A stretch of 48,046 nucleotides of DNA from Gaiellaceae bacterium (lineage in GTDB: Bacteria > Actinomycetota > Thermoleophilia > Gaiellales > Gaiellaceae). The notes under the pieces were generated by a model, which saw nothing but the letters and a program-made list of their open reading frames with translations, did not search any database and was not told the DNA's origin. Location: NCBI GenBank assembly GCA_035535855.1, contig DATLPH010000002.1, positions 1 through 48,046 of the forward strand, in the 5' to 3' direction. Below, one piece after another: positions 31,064-39,960 of this stretch (the stretch's first letter is position 1; the number at the start of each line of letters is the position of its first letter). The position numbers and the translations under genes were made by a program.

Positions 31064-31927
31064 GTGGAGATCTCCCGGGTCGGCGTGGTCGGGCTCGGCA
31101 CCATGGGTGCCGGGATCGCACAGGTCTGCCTTCAGGCCGGCCTCGAGGTCGTCGGGCGCGATGTTTCCGAGGAACTCGGCGAGCGCGCGCGCGGGACGAT
31201 TGACCACTACCTCTCCCGGGGCGTCGAAAAGGGGCGCCTGACCCAAGAGGAGAAGCACGCCGCACTCGGCCGGCTCACGCTGACGACCGAGCTCCCCGAC
31301 CTGGGCTCGTGCCAGCTCGTGATCGAGGCCGCCTTCGAGGACATCGAGGTCAAGCGAGAGCTCTTCGGCGAGCTGGACCGCGTAGTCCCCGCACCCGCCA
31401 TCCTCGCCACGAACACCTCGGCCCTCTCCGTGACCCAGATCGCCCACGCGACGAGCAGTCCCGAGCGGATCGTCGGCTTGCACTTCTTCAACCCGGCGCC
31501 GGTGCTGCCACTCGTCGAGGTCGTCCGCACCGCGCAGACGAGCGACGAGGTGTTCGACGCCGGCTACGCGTTCGCCCAGCGCATCGGCAAGGAGCCCGTC
31601 GCCTGCAACGACACACCGGGCTTCATCGTCAACCGGATCCTGATCCCGCTGCTCAACGACTGCGTGCGCGTGCTCGACGAGGCGCGCGTCAGCCCGGAGG
31701 ACGTCGACCGCGCGATGCGCTTCGGCGCCAACTGGCCGATCGGGCCCTGCGCGCTGATCGACCTGATCGGCGTCGACGTCCACGTCCACGCGTCGGAGGC
31801 ACTCCACGGCGCGCTCGGCGAGGGGCGAATGGCTCCGCCCGAGCGGCTGCTCGAGATGCAGAGCGACGGGCGGCTCGGCCGCAAGAGCGGCCGCGGCTTC
31901 TACGAGTACGACGCTCCGCGCGGCTAG
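31064..31927 (+). CDS. hbd: 3-hydroxyacyl/3-hydroxybutyryl-CoA dehydrogenase
   Basis: The 287-aa ORF has the VGVVGLGTMGAGIA Rossmann motif, TNTSALS, HFFNPAP and PGFIVNRIL. Confidence 0.92.
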   Translation: MEISRVGVVGLGTMGAGIAQVCLQAGLEVVGRDVSEELGERARGTIDHYLSRGVEKGRLTQEEKHAALGRLTLTTELPDLGSCQLVIEAAFEDIEVKRELFGELDRVVPAPAILATNTSALSVTQIAHATSSPERIVGLHFFNPAPVLPLVEVVRTAQTSDEVFDAGYAFAQRIGKEPVACNDTPGFIVNRILIPLLNDCVRVLDEARVSPEDVDRAMRFGANWPIGPCALIDLIGVDVHVHASEALHGALGEGRMAPPERLLEMQSDGRLGRKSGRGFYEYDAPRG

Positions 31928-33549
31928 CGGGTCAGCCGGTCCCAGAGGTTCTCGACGAGCCGCGAGACGGCCGGGTCGTTGATCGACGCCGCGAAGTTGA
32001 CGACCCCAGCCGCGAAGACGCGCGCGCCGGCCCCGGTCTCGTAGTAGGTCATCTCCGCGTCGTGCGTGCCGATCAGGCCCGGGCTCCGGGCGAGCAGGCG
32101 CGTGCCCGGAGGCGAGCTCGGCGCCCGGGCGTCGATCTCGATTCCGTAGCGGCCGAAGGTCGAGCCGTTTCGAAGGCCGGTGCCCGCGAAGGCCCACGGC
32201 GTCGAGCCCGCTCCCTGCACGGTGTAGAGCCCCTGCACCGAGCCGTAGTTGCTCGCGACCCACTGGGTCCCGACGAGCGCTGCCTCCGGCCGGCCGAGCG
32301 CTCTCCACATCTGCACGCGGCGGATCAGAGACCCCTCTCGCCGCACCTTCCAGAAGAAGTTGTTCGCCGAGAGGAACATCAGCCGCCCGCCGAGGTCGCG
32401 GTAGCGGGTGACGATGTCGTAGACGTGGTCGCTCACGTACTCCTCGTGGCCGGGGAACACGACCAGGTCGTAGTTGCGCCGCAGCGTGTCGCCGGTGCGG
32501 ATGCGCTGGAGGTCGTCGTCCGAGATGTAGTCCACCTGCTTGCCCGTCCGCCGCAGCCACGAGATGAAGCTGAGGTCCCAGTCGCGGAAGCGAAACGGAA
32601 CGCCGAAGTCGAGGAACGGGCGGCGGAGGTCGACGACGCGGGTGGCGCCGCTCACGTACCAGCTGTCGCCCCAGCCGTCGCCGTTTGCGTCGAGGAAGTT
32701 GTAGGCCTGCCAGGTGTTGGTCGAGAGGACGACCGCGACCCGGTGCTCGCCGAGCTTGCGGGGACGCAGGATCAGCGGCGCGTAGCCCACGCGGCGGTCT
32801 CCCGAAGTGACACGCAGGAAGTAGAGGCCGCTCTCGGGAACGCCCGCGTGGCTGATCTGCACGAATCGTGGCGCGCTCCCGCGGTGCTGCAGGTCGAGGC
32901 GCACCGCGGGCGCGACCGCCACGCCTCCCGTTCGAAGGTCGCGAACGGTCGGCCGCGGCAGCGTGGCGAACGAGAAGAGCTGCAGCCGGATCCGCCGCGC
33001 GTCCGTCGAGATCGCCACCGTCGCGTCGCCGCCCACGGGGTAGCTGCGGGCCAGGAAGCCGGCGTCGATCCCCTGCACCCGCACGACGAGGCCGCTGGTG
33101 AAGCGCCCCCGCCGCGGCGGCTCGAAGCCGTACACGCGCCGGCCGCCTGTGCGGCCCTCGACGAGGAACCGGACCAGATAGGTCCGGTCCGGCGTCGTGC
33201 GCGCAGGTCTCCAGCCGATCGTGTGCGGGCCGGCGGCGAGGCGTCTCCTCGTCGTCCAGATCGTTTTCACCGGCCGGCGCACCTCGTCGGTGGCGACGAC
33301 GCGGACCTCAACGGACGCTGAACGGTCGAGCTTGAAGCGGATCAAGGCGCGGTCGCGGAAGCCGTCCCCGTTCGGGCTCACGGTCGCGAGCAGCGGCGTG
33401 TCGCCGGCAAACGGAGTGCCGCCGTTCGAGATCCGGAGCCCGAGCAGGCGAGGAGGACCGGCTCCGGCCGGCGCCGAGCCCGCGATCAAGGCTGCGACGA
33501 CGGCTCCGATTGCCGCTGAAATAGTGGCCTGGGCGCCGCGTTTACGCAT
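31924..33549 (-). CDS. secreted protein, N,N-dimethylformamidase large-subunit-like family (tentative)
   Basis: The 541-aa ORF has a signal peptide (AALIAGSAPAGA) and an N-terminal Ig-like region (SPNGDGFRD). The central block LSTNTWQAYNFLDANGDGWGDSWY...FPGHEEY resembles the DMFase beta-subunit/DUF6605 family, judged from memory. Confidence 0.7.
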   Translation of the reverse strand: MRKRGAQATISAAIGAVVAALIAGSAPAGAGPPRLLGLRISNGGTPFAGDTPLLATVSPNGDGFRDRALIRFKLDRSASVEVRVVATDEVRRPVKTIWTTRRRLAAGPHTIGWRPARTTPDRTYLVRFLVEGRTGGRRVYGFEPPRRGRFTSGLVVRVQGIDAGFLARSYPVGGDATVAISTDARRIRLQLFSFATLPRPTVRDLRTGGVAVAPAVRLDLQHRGSAPRFVQISHAGVPESGLYFLRVTSGDRRVGYAPLILRPRKLGEHRVAVVLSTNTWQAYNFLDANGDGWGDSWYVSGATRVVDLRRPFLDFGVPFRFRDWDLSFISWLRRTGKQVDYISDDDLQRIRTGDTLRRNYDLVVFPGHEEYVSDHVYDIVTRYRDLGGRLMFLSANNFFWKVRREGSLIRRVQMWRALGRPEAALVGTQWVASNYGSVQGLYTVQGAGSTPWAFAGTGLRNGSTFGRYGIEIDARAPSSPPGTRLLARSPGLIGTHDAEMTYYETGAGARVFAAGVVNFAASINDPAVSRLVENLWDRLTR

Positions 33550-33602
33550 TCCTTACAACCCGTTTATCCCCAACTCACCAGGGGTGCCGATACTGTCGTT
33601 CT

Positions 33603-34076
33603 ATGGGCCGGACACTGATCCTCATTGCGCTGCTCGCAGCCCTCACGGTACCCGCCGCGCTCGCGGGCGACCGGGCCACCGACGGCACGCTCTCGGTCAA
33701 GCGAGGCAAGGGCGCGATCACACTCAAGATCAAAGGCACGGTCATCGGCCGCGTCCAGAACGGCCGCGTGCAGGTGAGGGACTTCCGACCGTACGACGGC
33801 AACGAGGCCCACTTCACCGGCTGCAAGGCCAGGCACCCGAGCTTCGGCGTCTCCATCTGCAAAGGCCGCGTCGTGGGCTACCGCGTCGACGACGGCCGCT
33901 TCAACGTGAACGTCCGAGGCCGCGCAATCTCAATCACGGCGGTCGGCCGCGGCTCCGTGATCGTCGATGGGGCAGGTCTCAGCGACGGCGTGATGTCCAT
34001 GGACGGCGCGCCGTACTCGTCCTTGCCGGACGACCCCACGACCTTCGCCCTCGGCATCACCGTAGCCGGGCGCTGA
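33603..34076 (+). CDS. hypothetical secreted protein
   Basis: The 157-aa ORF has a signal peptide (LILIALLAALTVPAALA-GD) and a beta-rich sequence. I recognise no family. Confidence 0.65.
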   Translation: MGRTLILIALLAALTVPAALAGDRATDGTLSVKRGKGAITLKIKGTVIGRVQNGRVQVRDFRPYDGNEAHFTGCKARHPSFGVSICKGRVVGYRVDDGRFNVNVRGRAISITAVGRGSVIVDGAGLSDGVMSMDGAPYSSLPDDPTTFALGITVAGR

Positions 34077-34101
34077 CGGACGTCTCTGGCATCCTGAGGC
34101 C

Positions 34102-34809
34102 ATGGGAGCCCAGGCGCAGTCGATTCTGGTTGTCGAGGATGAGTCCTCGATCGCCTCGTTCGTCGCGCTCTACCTGAAGAACGCCGGCTACTCCGTGAGC
34201 ATCGTCGCCACCGGCAAGGAGGCGCTTTCGCACGTGGAGGGCGAGCGGCCCGACCTGATCGTGCTCGACCTGATGCTGCCCGACGTCGACGGCATAGAAG
34301 TCTGCCGCCGCATCCGCCAGGACTCCGACGTGCCGATCCTGATGCTGACCGCGCGCGACGAGGACGTGGACAAGATCATCGGGCTCGAGGTCGGCGCCGA
34401 CGACTACCTGACCAAGCCGTTCAACCCGCGCGAGCTGGTCGCGCGCGTGAAGTCGATCCTGCGCCGCTCGGTCTCCGACCGGCGCGAGAGCGAGACGAAG
34501 CAGATCAAGCACGGCGACCTCGAGATCGACGCGGGCCGCCGCGAGGCGCGCGTCGCGGGGACGGAGATCCAGCTCGCGCCGAAGGAGTTCGACTTGCTCT
34601 GGGAGCTGCTCGACCACCACGGGATCGTGCTCACCCGCGATCAGCTGCTCGAGCGGGTGTGGGGCTACACCTTCGCGGGCGACACGCGCACCGTCGACGT
34701 CCACGTGCGGCAGCTGCGGCGGAAGCTCGGTGAGGCCTCGCCGATCGTCACGGTCTGGGGGGTCGGCTACAAGGTCGCTCCCTCGCGGGACGCGGCGGTG
34801 AGCGCCTAG
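34102..34809 (+). CDS. OmpR-family response regulator (canonical)
   Basis: The canonical receiver residues are present: ILVVEDE, LIVLDLMLPDVDG, MLTAR and DDYLTKPF. A winged-helix C-terminus follows (VWGVGYKV). Confidence 0.93.
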   Translation: MGAQAQSILVVEDESSIASFVALYLKNAGYSVSIVATGKEALSHVEGERPDLIVLDLMLPDVDGIEVCRRIRQDSDVPILMLTARDEDVDKIIGLEVGADDYLTKPFNPRELVARVKSILRRSVSDRRESETKQIKHGDLEIDAGRREARVAGTEIQLAPKEFDLLWELLDHHGIVLTRDQLLERVWGYTFAGDTRTVDVHVRQLRRKLGEASPIVTVWGVGYKVAPSRDAAVSA

Positions 34810-34821
34810 GAACCGGAGCCG

Positions 34822-36195
34822 ATGCTCCGGTCGCTGCGCTTTCAGCTTCCCGCGCTCTTCCTGCTCGGAGTGGTCGTCGCCGGGCTCGTCTCGGCCGCGA
34901 TCGCGCTGCGGCTCTTCCGGCAGTACGCGCAGGACCGCGCGCGCGAGCAGGCGTACAGCGAGTTGGTACGCGAAGCGAACGGTCTGACGCAGCTGTACGC
35001 GGACCAGGCGGGGTTCAAGCTGCTCTCGGCGAAGCGGCTCGAGCGCGCGACCGGCGACAAGATCTTCTACGAGGGCCTTGATCTCTTCCCGGGCCAAAAG
35101 GGCAAGGCCTTCACGGCGCTGCCGAAGGGCGTCGTCGAAGAACGGCTCGTGCGAGGGGGCCGGACGGTGCGCTTCGTCTTTCGCCCACCGGGTGCCCGCC
35201 ACGACTACCTCGCGGTCGCAACCCCGGTGCGCGTCGGCAAGACCTTCATCGGGACGATCGCGGTCGCCAAGCCTCAGACCGTCCTCGCACAACACTGGCT
35301 CGCGCTGATCGAGCGCCTGCTGCTGGCCTTCGCAGGCGGTGTTCTCGTCGCCGGCGCCTTCGCCTGGTATTTGACGCGGCGGATCACGACCCCGGTGCTG
35401 AAGCTCTCGCACGCGGCAGACGAGGTCGCTCGAGGCAACTACGACGTCGACGTGCCGAGCGGCAGCGGCGAGATCGGCATGCTCGCCGACCGCTTCGGCG
35501 AGATGGCCTCCCGTCTGGCCGAGGCCGAGGAGCTCGAGCGGAACTTCCTGATGACGGTCACGCACGAGCTGCGCACGCCGTTGACCGCGATCCGCGGCCA
35601 CGTCGAGGCACTGCGCGAGGGCGTCGTCACCGACGAGGAGCTGCGGGTCGCATCGCTGACGGTGATCGCCGCCGAGGCGACGCGGCTCGAGCGGCTCGTC
35701 GGCGACGTGCTCGACCTCGCCAAGCTCGATGCGCACCGGTTCACCGTCCTCCAGGAGGAAGTCGACATGGGCCGGCTGGTCGACGAGGCTTTCGCCGCCT
35801 TCACCGAGGAGGCGCGCCGCCGCGGGATCGACTACCGCTGCGACGTCGACGGCAAGCCCGTGATCGTCACCGACGGCGACCGCGTGCTCCAGGTGATCTC
35901 GAACCTGCTCTCGAACGCGTTTCGGTGGACCCCCGACGGGGGCCGCGTCGCGCTCGAGCTGACGTCGTCGAACGGGACGGTGCGCGTGGCCGTGGACGAC
36001 AACGGGCCGGGAATCCCGCCCGGCGAGGAGGACCGGATCTTCCGGCCGTTCTGGTCGCGGGGCGGGGGCGGGACCGGGCTCGGGCTGGCGATCGCGAGCG
36101 AGCTCGCGGCCGCTCTCGGCGGGCGGCTCCGGCTGGCGAGCTCCGCCGAGGACGGCAGCCGCTTCGAGCTGGTGCTGCCGGCACGGCTCAGCTAA
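34822..36195 (+). CDS. sensor histidine kinase (TM-HAMP-HisKA-HATPase)
   Basis: The 457-aa ORF has two TM segments, a HAMP domain, the H-box TVTHELRTPLTAI, the N-box ISNLLSNAFRWT and the DNGPGI and GTGLGL boxes. It lies 12 bp after the response regulator gene. Confidence 0.92.
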   Translation: MLRSLRFQLPALFLLGVVVAGLVSAAIALRLFRQYAQDRAREQAYSELVREANGLTQLYADQAGFKLLSAKRLERATGDKIFYEGLDLFPGQKGKAFTALPKGVVEERLVRGGRTVRFVFRPPGARHDYLAVATPVRVGKTFIGTIAVAKPQTVLAQHWLALIERLLLAFAGGVLVAGAFAWYLTRRITTPVLKLSHAADEVARGNYDVDVPSGSGEIGMLADRFGEMASRLAEAEELERNFLMTVTHELRTPLTAIRGHVEALREGVVTDEELRVASLTVIAAEATRLERLVGDVLDLAKLDAHRFTVLQEEVDMGRLVDEAFAAFTEEARRRGIDYRCDVDGKPVIVTDGDRVLQVISNLLSNAFRWTPDGGRVALELTSSNGTVRVAVDDNGPGIPPGEEDRIFRPFWSRGGGGTGLGLAIASELAAALGGRLRLASSAEDGSRFELVLPARLS

Positions 36196-36214
36196 GCGCA
36201 GTCAGAATCCCCAG

Positions 36215-37117
36215 GTGGTCGCCGCTCCCGAGCTGCTCGAGCTTCCGCGCCGCCGCTCCCTACCGCGCGCGACACTCGTCGCGCTGCGGCCGCGGCAGTG
36301 GTCGAAGAACCTGCTCGTCTTCGCGGGGCTCGTCTTCGCGGCGAAGCTCGGCGACGCGGGTCGTTGGGCCGAGGCGCTGGCCTGCTTCGCGGCCTACTGC
36401 GCGGTCTCGAGCGCCGCGTACCTGGCGAACGACGTGCGCGACCGCGAGGCCGACCGCGCGCATCCGGTCAAGCGTGCGCGCCCGATCGCCCGCGGTGAGC
36501 TCTCGCCGCGGGCGGCGCTCATGCTCTCGGCGGCCCTGACGCTCGCGGCCGGGGCGATCTGCGCGGTCCTCGGCCCGCTCTCGCTCGCACTCGTGGCGGG
36601 CTTCGCGGCGCTGCAGGCCGCGTACACGCTCGGACTCAAGCACGTCGTGCTGATCGACGTGCTCGCGATCGCGGGGCTGTTCGTGATCCGAGCCGCGGCC
36701 GGCGCGGCAGCGGTCGACGTGCGCATCTCGCCCTGGCTGCTGCTCTGCACTGCGCTGCTCGCGCTCTTCCTCGCGCTCGCCAAGCGGCGCGGAGAGCTCG
36801 TGCTCGTCGGTGCCGAGCGCACCCCCGGCCGCCGCGTGCTCGAGGGGTACTCGCTGGAGCTCGTCGACCAGCTCGTGGCGATCGTCGCGTCCTCGACCGT
36901 GATCGCCTACGCCGTCTACACGCTCACGGCGCCGCACTCGCGCGCCCTGCTGGCGACGGTGCCGTTCGTCGTCTTCGGCGTCTTCCGCTACCTGCTCCTC
37001 ATGCACCGCGACGACATCGGCGAGGAGCCGGAGCAGGTGCTGCTGACCGACGTGCCGATCCTGCTCGCCGTCGCCGGCTGGATCGCGACCGCGGCTGCGA
37101 TCCTCGCGCTCACCTGA
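36215..37117 (+). CDS. UbiA-family prenyltransferase, decaprenyl-phosphate phosphoribosyltransferase-like
   Basis: The 300-aa ORF has LRPRQWSKNLLVFAGLVFA, YLANDVRDREADRAHPVKRARPIARGEL and multiple TM helices. Confidence 0.8.
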   Translation: MVAAPELLELPRRRSLPRATLVALRPRQWSKNLLVFAGLVFAAKLGDAGRWAEALACFAAYCAVSSAAYLANDVRDREADRAHPVKRARPIARGELSPRAALMLSAALTLAAGAICAVLGPLSLALVAGFAALQAAYTLGLKHVVLIDVLAIAGLFVIRAAAGAAAVDVRISPWLLLCTALLALFLALAKRRGELVLVGAERTPGRRVLEGYSLELVDQLVAIVASSTVIAYAVYTLTAPHSRALLATVPFVVFGVFRYLLLMHRDDIGEEPEQVLLTDVPILLAVAGWIATAAAILALT

Positions 37118-38001
37118 AACGCGCACTCGTCCTCGGAGCCGCCCTCTCGGCGGCGGTCCTGCTTGGGCTCGGCCTGTACGCCGACTTCGGTCAGCTCGGC
37201 GACGAGCTGGCGAGCTTCCGCTGGGAGCTCTTCCCGCTCGCGCTGGCCCTGACGGCTCTCAACTACCTGCTCCGCTTCTGGCGCTGGCAGCGCTACCTGG
37301 TGCGAGTCGACATCGATGTGCCGACGAGCCGCAGCTTCACGATCTTCGTCGCCGGGCTGACGATGACGATCACGCCGGCGAAGCTCGGGGAGCTCCTGAA
37401 ATGCGGGCTGCTGAAACGATCGTTCGACGTGCCCGTCCGCCGCTCGGCGCCGGTCGTCCTCGCGGAGCGGATCACCGACGCGACCGGGGTGGTGGTGCTC
37501 GCGGTCGTCGGCGGGGCGGGGGTGCACAACTGGCCGCTGCTCGTCGCCGCCGTCGTCGCCGTGGTCGCGGTGGTCGTTCTCGTGCGGAGCCCCCTGCTCG
37601 AGCGGTTCACGCGGCTGGGCGAGGCACCGGAGGCCGCTCGCGCCTTGCTGGGGACGAAGCTGCTCGTGGGCATGACGCTGCTGTCCGCGGTTTCGTGGCT
37701 GTGCGAGTGCCTGGCCGCCTACGTGTGCGTGCGCGGGCTGCGGCTCGACCTCTCGTTCGCCGACACGATCGTCGTCTTCACGCTCGGCAGCCTCGCGGGC
37801 GCGCTCTCGTTCCTGCCCGGCGGCATCGGCGTCGCCGAGACGAGCATGACCGGACTGATGCGCGCGCTCGGCGACGTCTCGAAGGCCGGCGCGGCCGCGG
37901 CGACCGTGCTGATCAGGCTCGCGACGCTCTGGTTCGCGGTCGCGCTGGGGTTGATCGGGCTGGCGGTGGAGGAACGGCTCGCCCGGACTCAGCGCCGGTG
38001 A
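37114..38001 (+). CDS. flippase-like / lysylphosphatidylglycerol-synthase-TM-region family membrane protein
   Basis: The open frame reads (L)KRALVLGAALSAAVLLGLGLYADF...NYLLRFWRWQRYL...AGLTMTITPAKLGELLK.... The first canonical start (GTG 37300) would remove the first 62 residues, including the first two predicted TM helices. The start is placed at CTG 37114-37116, which overlaps the upstream TGA as CTGA. Confidence 0.65.
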   Translation: MKRALVLGAALSAAVLLGLGLYADFGQLGDELASFRWELFPLALALTALNYLLRFWRWQRYLVRVDIDVPTSRSFTIFVAGLTMTITPAKLGELLKCGLLKRSFDVPVRRSAPVVLAERITDATGVVVLAVVGGAGVHNWPLLVAAVVAVVAVVVLVRSPLLERFTRLGEAPEAARALLGTKLLVGMTLLSAVSWLCECLAAYVCVRGLRLDLSFADTIVVFTLGSLAGALSFLPGGIGVAETSMTGLMRALGDVSKAGAAAATVLIRLATLWFAVALGLIGLAVEERLARTQRR

Positions 38002-38090
38002 TGGTGGCACAAGCGCTTCGGGTCAGCGGCGCAGACGGACGCACGAGCGAAGCTCGTCCGTCCTGATTGGCGGCACCGACGAGCGGCGCC

Positions 38091-38537
38091 TCAGCCGGTG
38101 CGGCGCTCTTCCATGCGGTAGACGATCGCGCCGTCGCCCGTCTCGAGCTTGCGCTCGAGCGTCGAGAGCCGGCGCTCGACCGACTTCCAGCTCGACGTGA
38201 TCAGGTCGACGAGCAGGCCGAGGTCGTCCACGCGGGCGTGCCGCTCGGAGAGCAGGTCGCCCTCGACGCGTTCGAGCCGCCGGATCACCTGGTTCATCAG
38301 CCCGCGGATCTCCGCGAGGTTCCGGCCGACCGGCCGGACCTGCTCGCGCAGCCCGTCGCTGACGGCGTTCTCGACCTTCGCGGGGATGGTCGCCTCGAAC
38401 TCGGCGGCGGTCTGCGCCAGCTCCTCGACCTGCGCCCGCGCGCGCTCGAGCGCGGCGTCGACCGCGGCGGCGTCGGGACGTCCCTCGGCGGCCTCGCGCA
38501 GCCGCTCTCGAGCTTTCTCGATCGCGTCGTCGGTCAT
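38091..38537 (-). CDS. hypothetical coiled-coil protein (148 aa)
   Basis: The real start is MTDDAIEKARERL (ATG at 38537). The remainder of the 488-aa track ORF is antisense to queA. GC3 is high. Confidence 0.6.
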   Translation of the reverse strand: MTDDAIEKARERLREAAEGRPDAAAVDAALERARAQVEELAQTAAEFEATIPAKVENAVSDGLREQVRPVGRNLAEIRGLMNQVIRRLERVEGDLLSERHARVDDLGLLVDLITSSWKSVERRLSTLERKLETGDGAIVYRMEERRTG

Positions 38538-38564
38538 CGGCGCCAACGGTAGCGTTCGCATCGG

Positions 38565-39509
38565 ATGAAGTCTTCTGAGCTGGACTACTCCCTTCCGCCG
38601 GAGCTGATCGCGCAACACCCGCTCGAGCGGCGCGACGGGTCGCGGCTCCTCGTACACGACCGTGCGGCCGGCGAGACGCGGCATCGCCGCTTCGACGAGC
38701 TGCAGGACGAGCTCGCCGACGACACGCTGGTCGTCGTCAATGACACACGCGTGCTGCCGGCGCGGCTGCGGCTGCAGCGCCCCGGCGGAGGCGAGGCCGA
38801 GGTGCTCTTGCTCGAGCGCCTGGGCGAGAACGGCACCTGGGAGGGGCTCGCTCGTCCCTCGCGCAAGTTGAAGGCGGGCCAGCGACTGGGGCCGGTGGAG
38901 CTGCTCGAGCCGCTCGGCGAGGGGCGCTGGCGGTTGCGGCTGGAGGGCGAGCCCGCCGGCGAGGCGCCGCTGCCGCCGTACATCCACGAGCGGCTCGACG
39001 ATCCCGAGCGCTACCAGACGGTCTACGCGGAGCGCGAGGGCTCGGCGGCGGCGCCGACCGCGGGGCTGCACTTCACGCCGGAGCTCCTGGCGCGGCTCGA
39101 CGTCGAGCGCGTGACGCTGCACGTCGGCCTCGACACGTTCCGGCCGGTCGCCGCAGAAGACCTGGCCGAGCACGCGCTGCGCAGCGAGCGTTACGAGGTC
39201 ACGGCCGAGTCCTGGGCGCGGATCGAATCCGCCGAACGAGTGCTCGCGATCGGAACGACGACGGTGCGCGTGCTCGAGTCGCTCGCTCGCGGCGCGCCGC
39301 TCGCGGGACGGACGGAGCTGTTCGTGACGCCCGGCTTCGAGTTCCGCCGGGTCGACGCTTTGCTGACGAACTTCCATCTCCCGCGCTCGACGTTGCTCGC
39401 GCTCGTGATGGCCTTCGCCGGAGTGGAGGAGACACGGCGCCTCTACCGGGTCGCGATCGAGGAGGGGTACCGCTTCTACTCGTTCGGCGACGCGATGCTG
39501 GTGCTGTGA
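38565..39509 (+). CDS. queA: S-adenosylmethionine:tRNA ribosyltransferase-isomerase
   Basis: Motifs are LDYSLPPELIAQHPLERRDGSRLLV, PLPPYI, AAPTAGLHFT and TNFHLPRSTLL. Confidence 0.92.
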   Translation: MKSSELDYSLPPELIAQHPLERRDGSRLLVHDRAAGETRHRRFDELQDELADDTLVVVNDTRVLPARLRLQRPGGGEAEVLLLERLGENGTWEGLARPSRKLKAGQRLGPVELLEPLGEGRWRLRLEGEPAGEAPLPPYIHERLDDPERYQTVYAEREGSAAAPTAGLHFTPELLARLDVERVTLHVGLDTFRPVAAEDLAEHALRSERYEVTAESWARIESAERVLAIGTTTVRVLESLARGAPLAGRTELFVTPGFEFRRVDALLTNFHLPRSTLLALVMAFAGVEETRRLYRVAIEEGYRFYSFGDAMLVL

Positions 39510-39666
39510 GCGGGCAGCGGCCACAGCGCGCTGGAACGATCGGCACGGCATCGGCACGATCGCGTCACGGACATGCGCGAGTCTCGGCGATACGCTCGCA
39601 GCGGGAGCGAGGGTGGTCCAACAACCCCACCCAATTGAAGGGCGGGGGCTGCCTCGTGGTCAATCC

Positions 39667-39960
39667 ATGGCCGTGATGACCGCGGAGGACTGGCGGCGGT
39701 TCTGGGAGGAGCGCGGGATGCGGGAGCTGCGTCTCCTGCTCGCGGAGTGCTGGGACCCGCTCGGGGCCGGGACGCCGCGGCAGCGGGAGGCATGCGCCTT
39801 TCGGATCGCGTCGCTGCTCGGCAGCCGCGCGGCGAGCCCGGCAATCACGGAGGAGCTCGGCCGCATCCGTGGCGAGCTCAGGCTCGGCGAGGCGCCCGAG
39901 GAGGACGCGCGGGCTGCCGCGACGGTCGCCGCCTGGTTCGAAGCGGTGGCCGCCGAATGA
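39667..39960 (+). CDS. hypothetical protein (97 aa) inserted between queA and tgt
   Basis: The start is probably ATG at 39667; the track starts at 39613. GC3 is high. The stop overlaps the tgt start as ATGA. Confidence 0.5.
   Translation: MAVMTAEDWRRFWEERGMRELRLLLAECWDPLGAGTPRQREACAFRIASLLGSRAASPAITEELGRIRGELRLGEAPEEDARAAATVAAWFEAVAAE

Noticed and set aside
39613-39666. Longer N-terminus (MVQQPHPIEGRGLPRGQS) for the hypothetical gene between queA and tgt, and the GGGTGG...CCACCC hairpin at about 39611-39632
   Set aside because: The extension has poor codon bias. The hairpin has a 10-nt loop and no U-tract, so there is not enough evidence to call either a longer CDS or a queA terminator.
39935-39942. 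GGTTCGAA, a tRNA T-loop-like string
   Set aside because: It is embedded in a high-GC3 coding frame (hypothetical gene just before tgt). There is no flanking acceptor or anticodon stem complementarity. I found no tRNA-like cloverleaf anywhere in the window.
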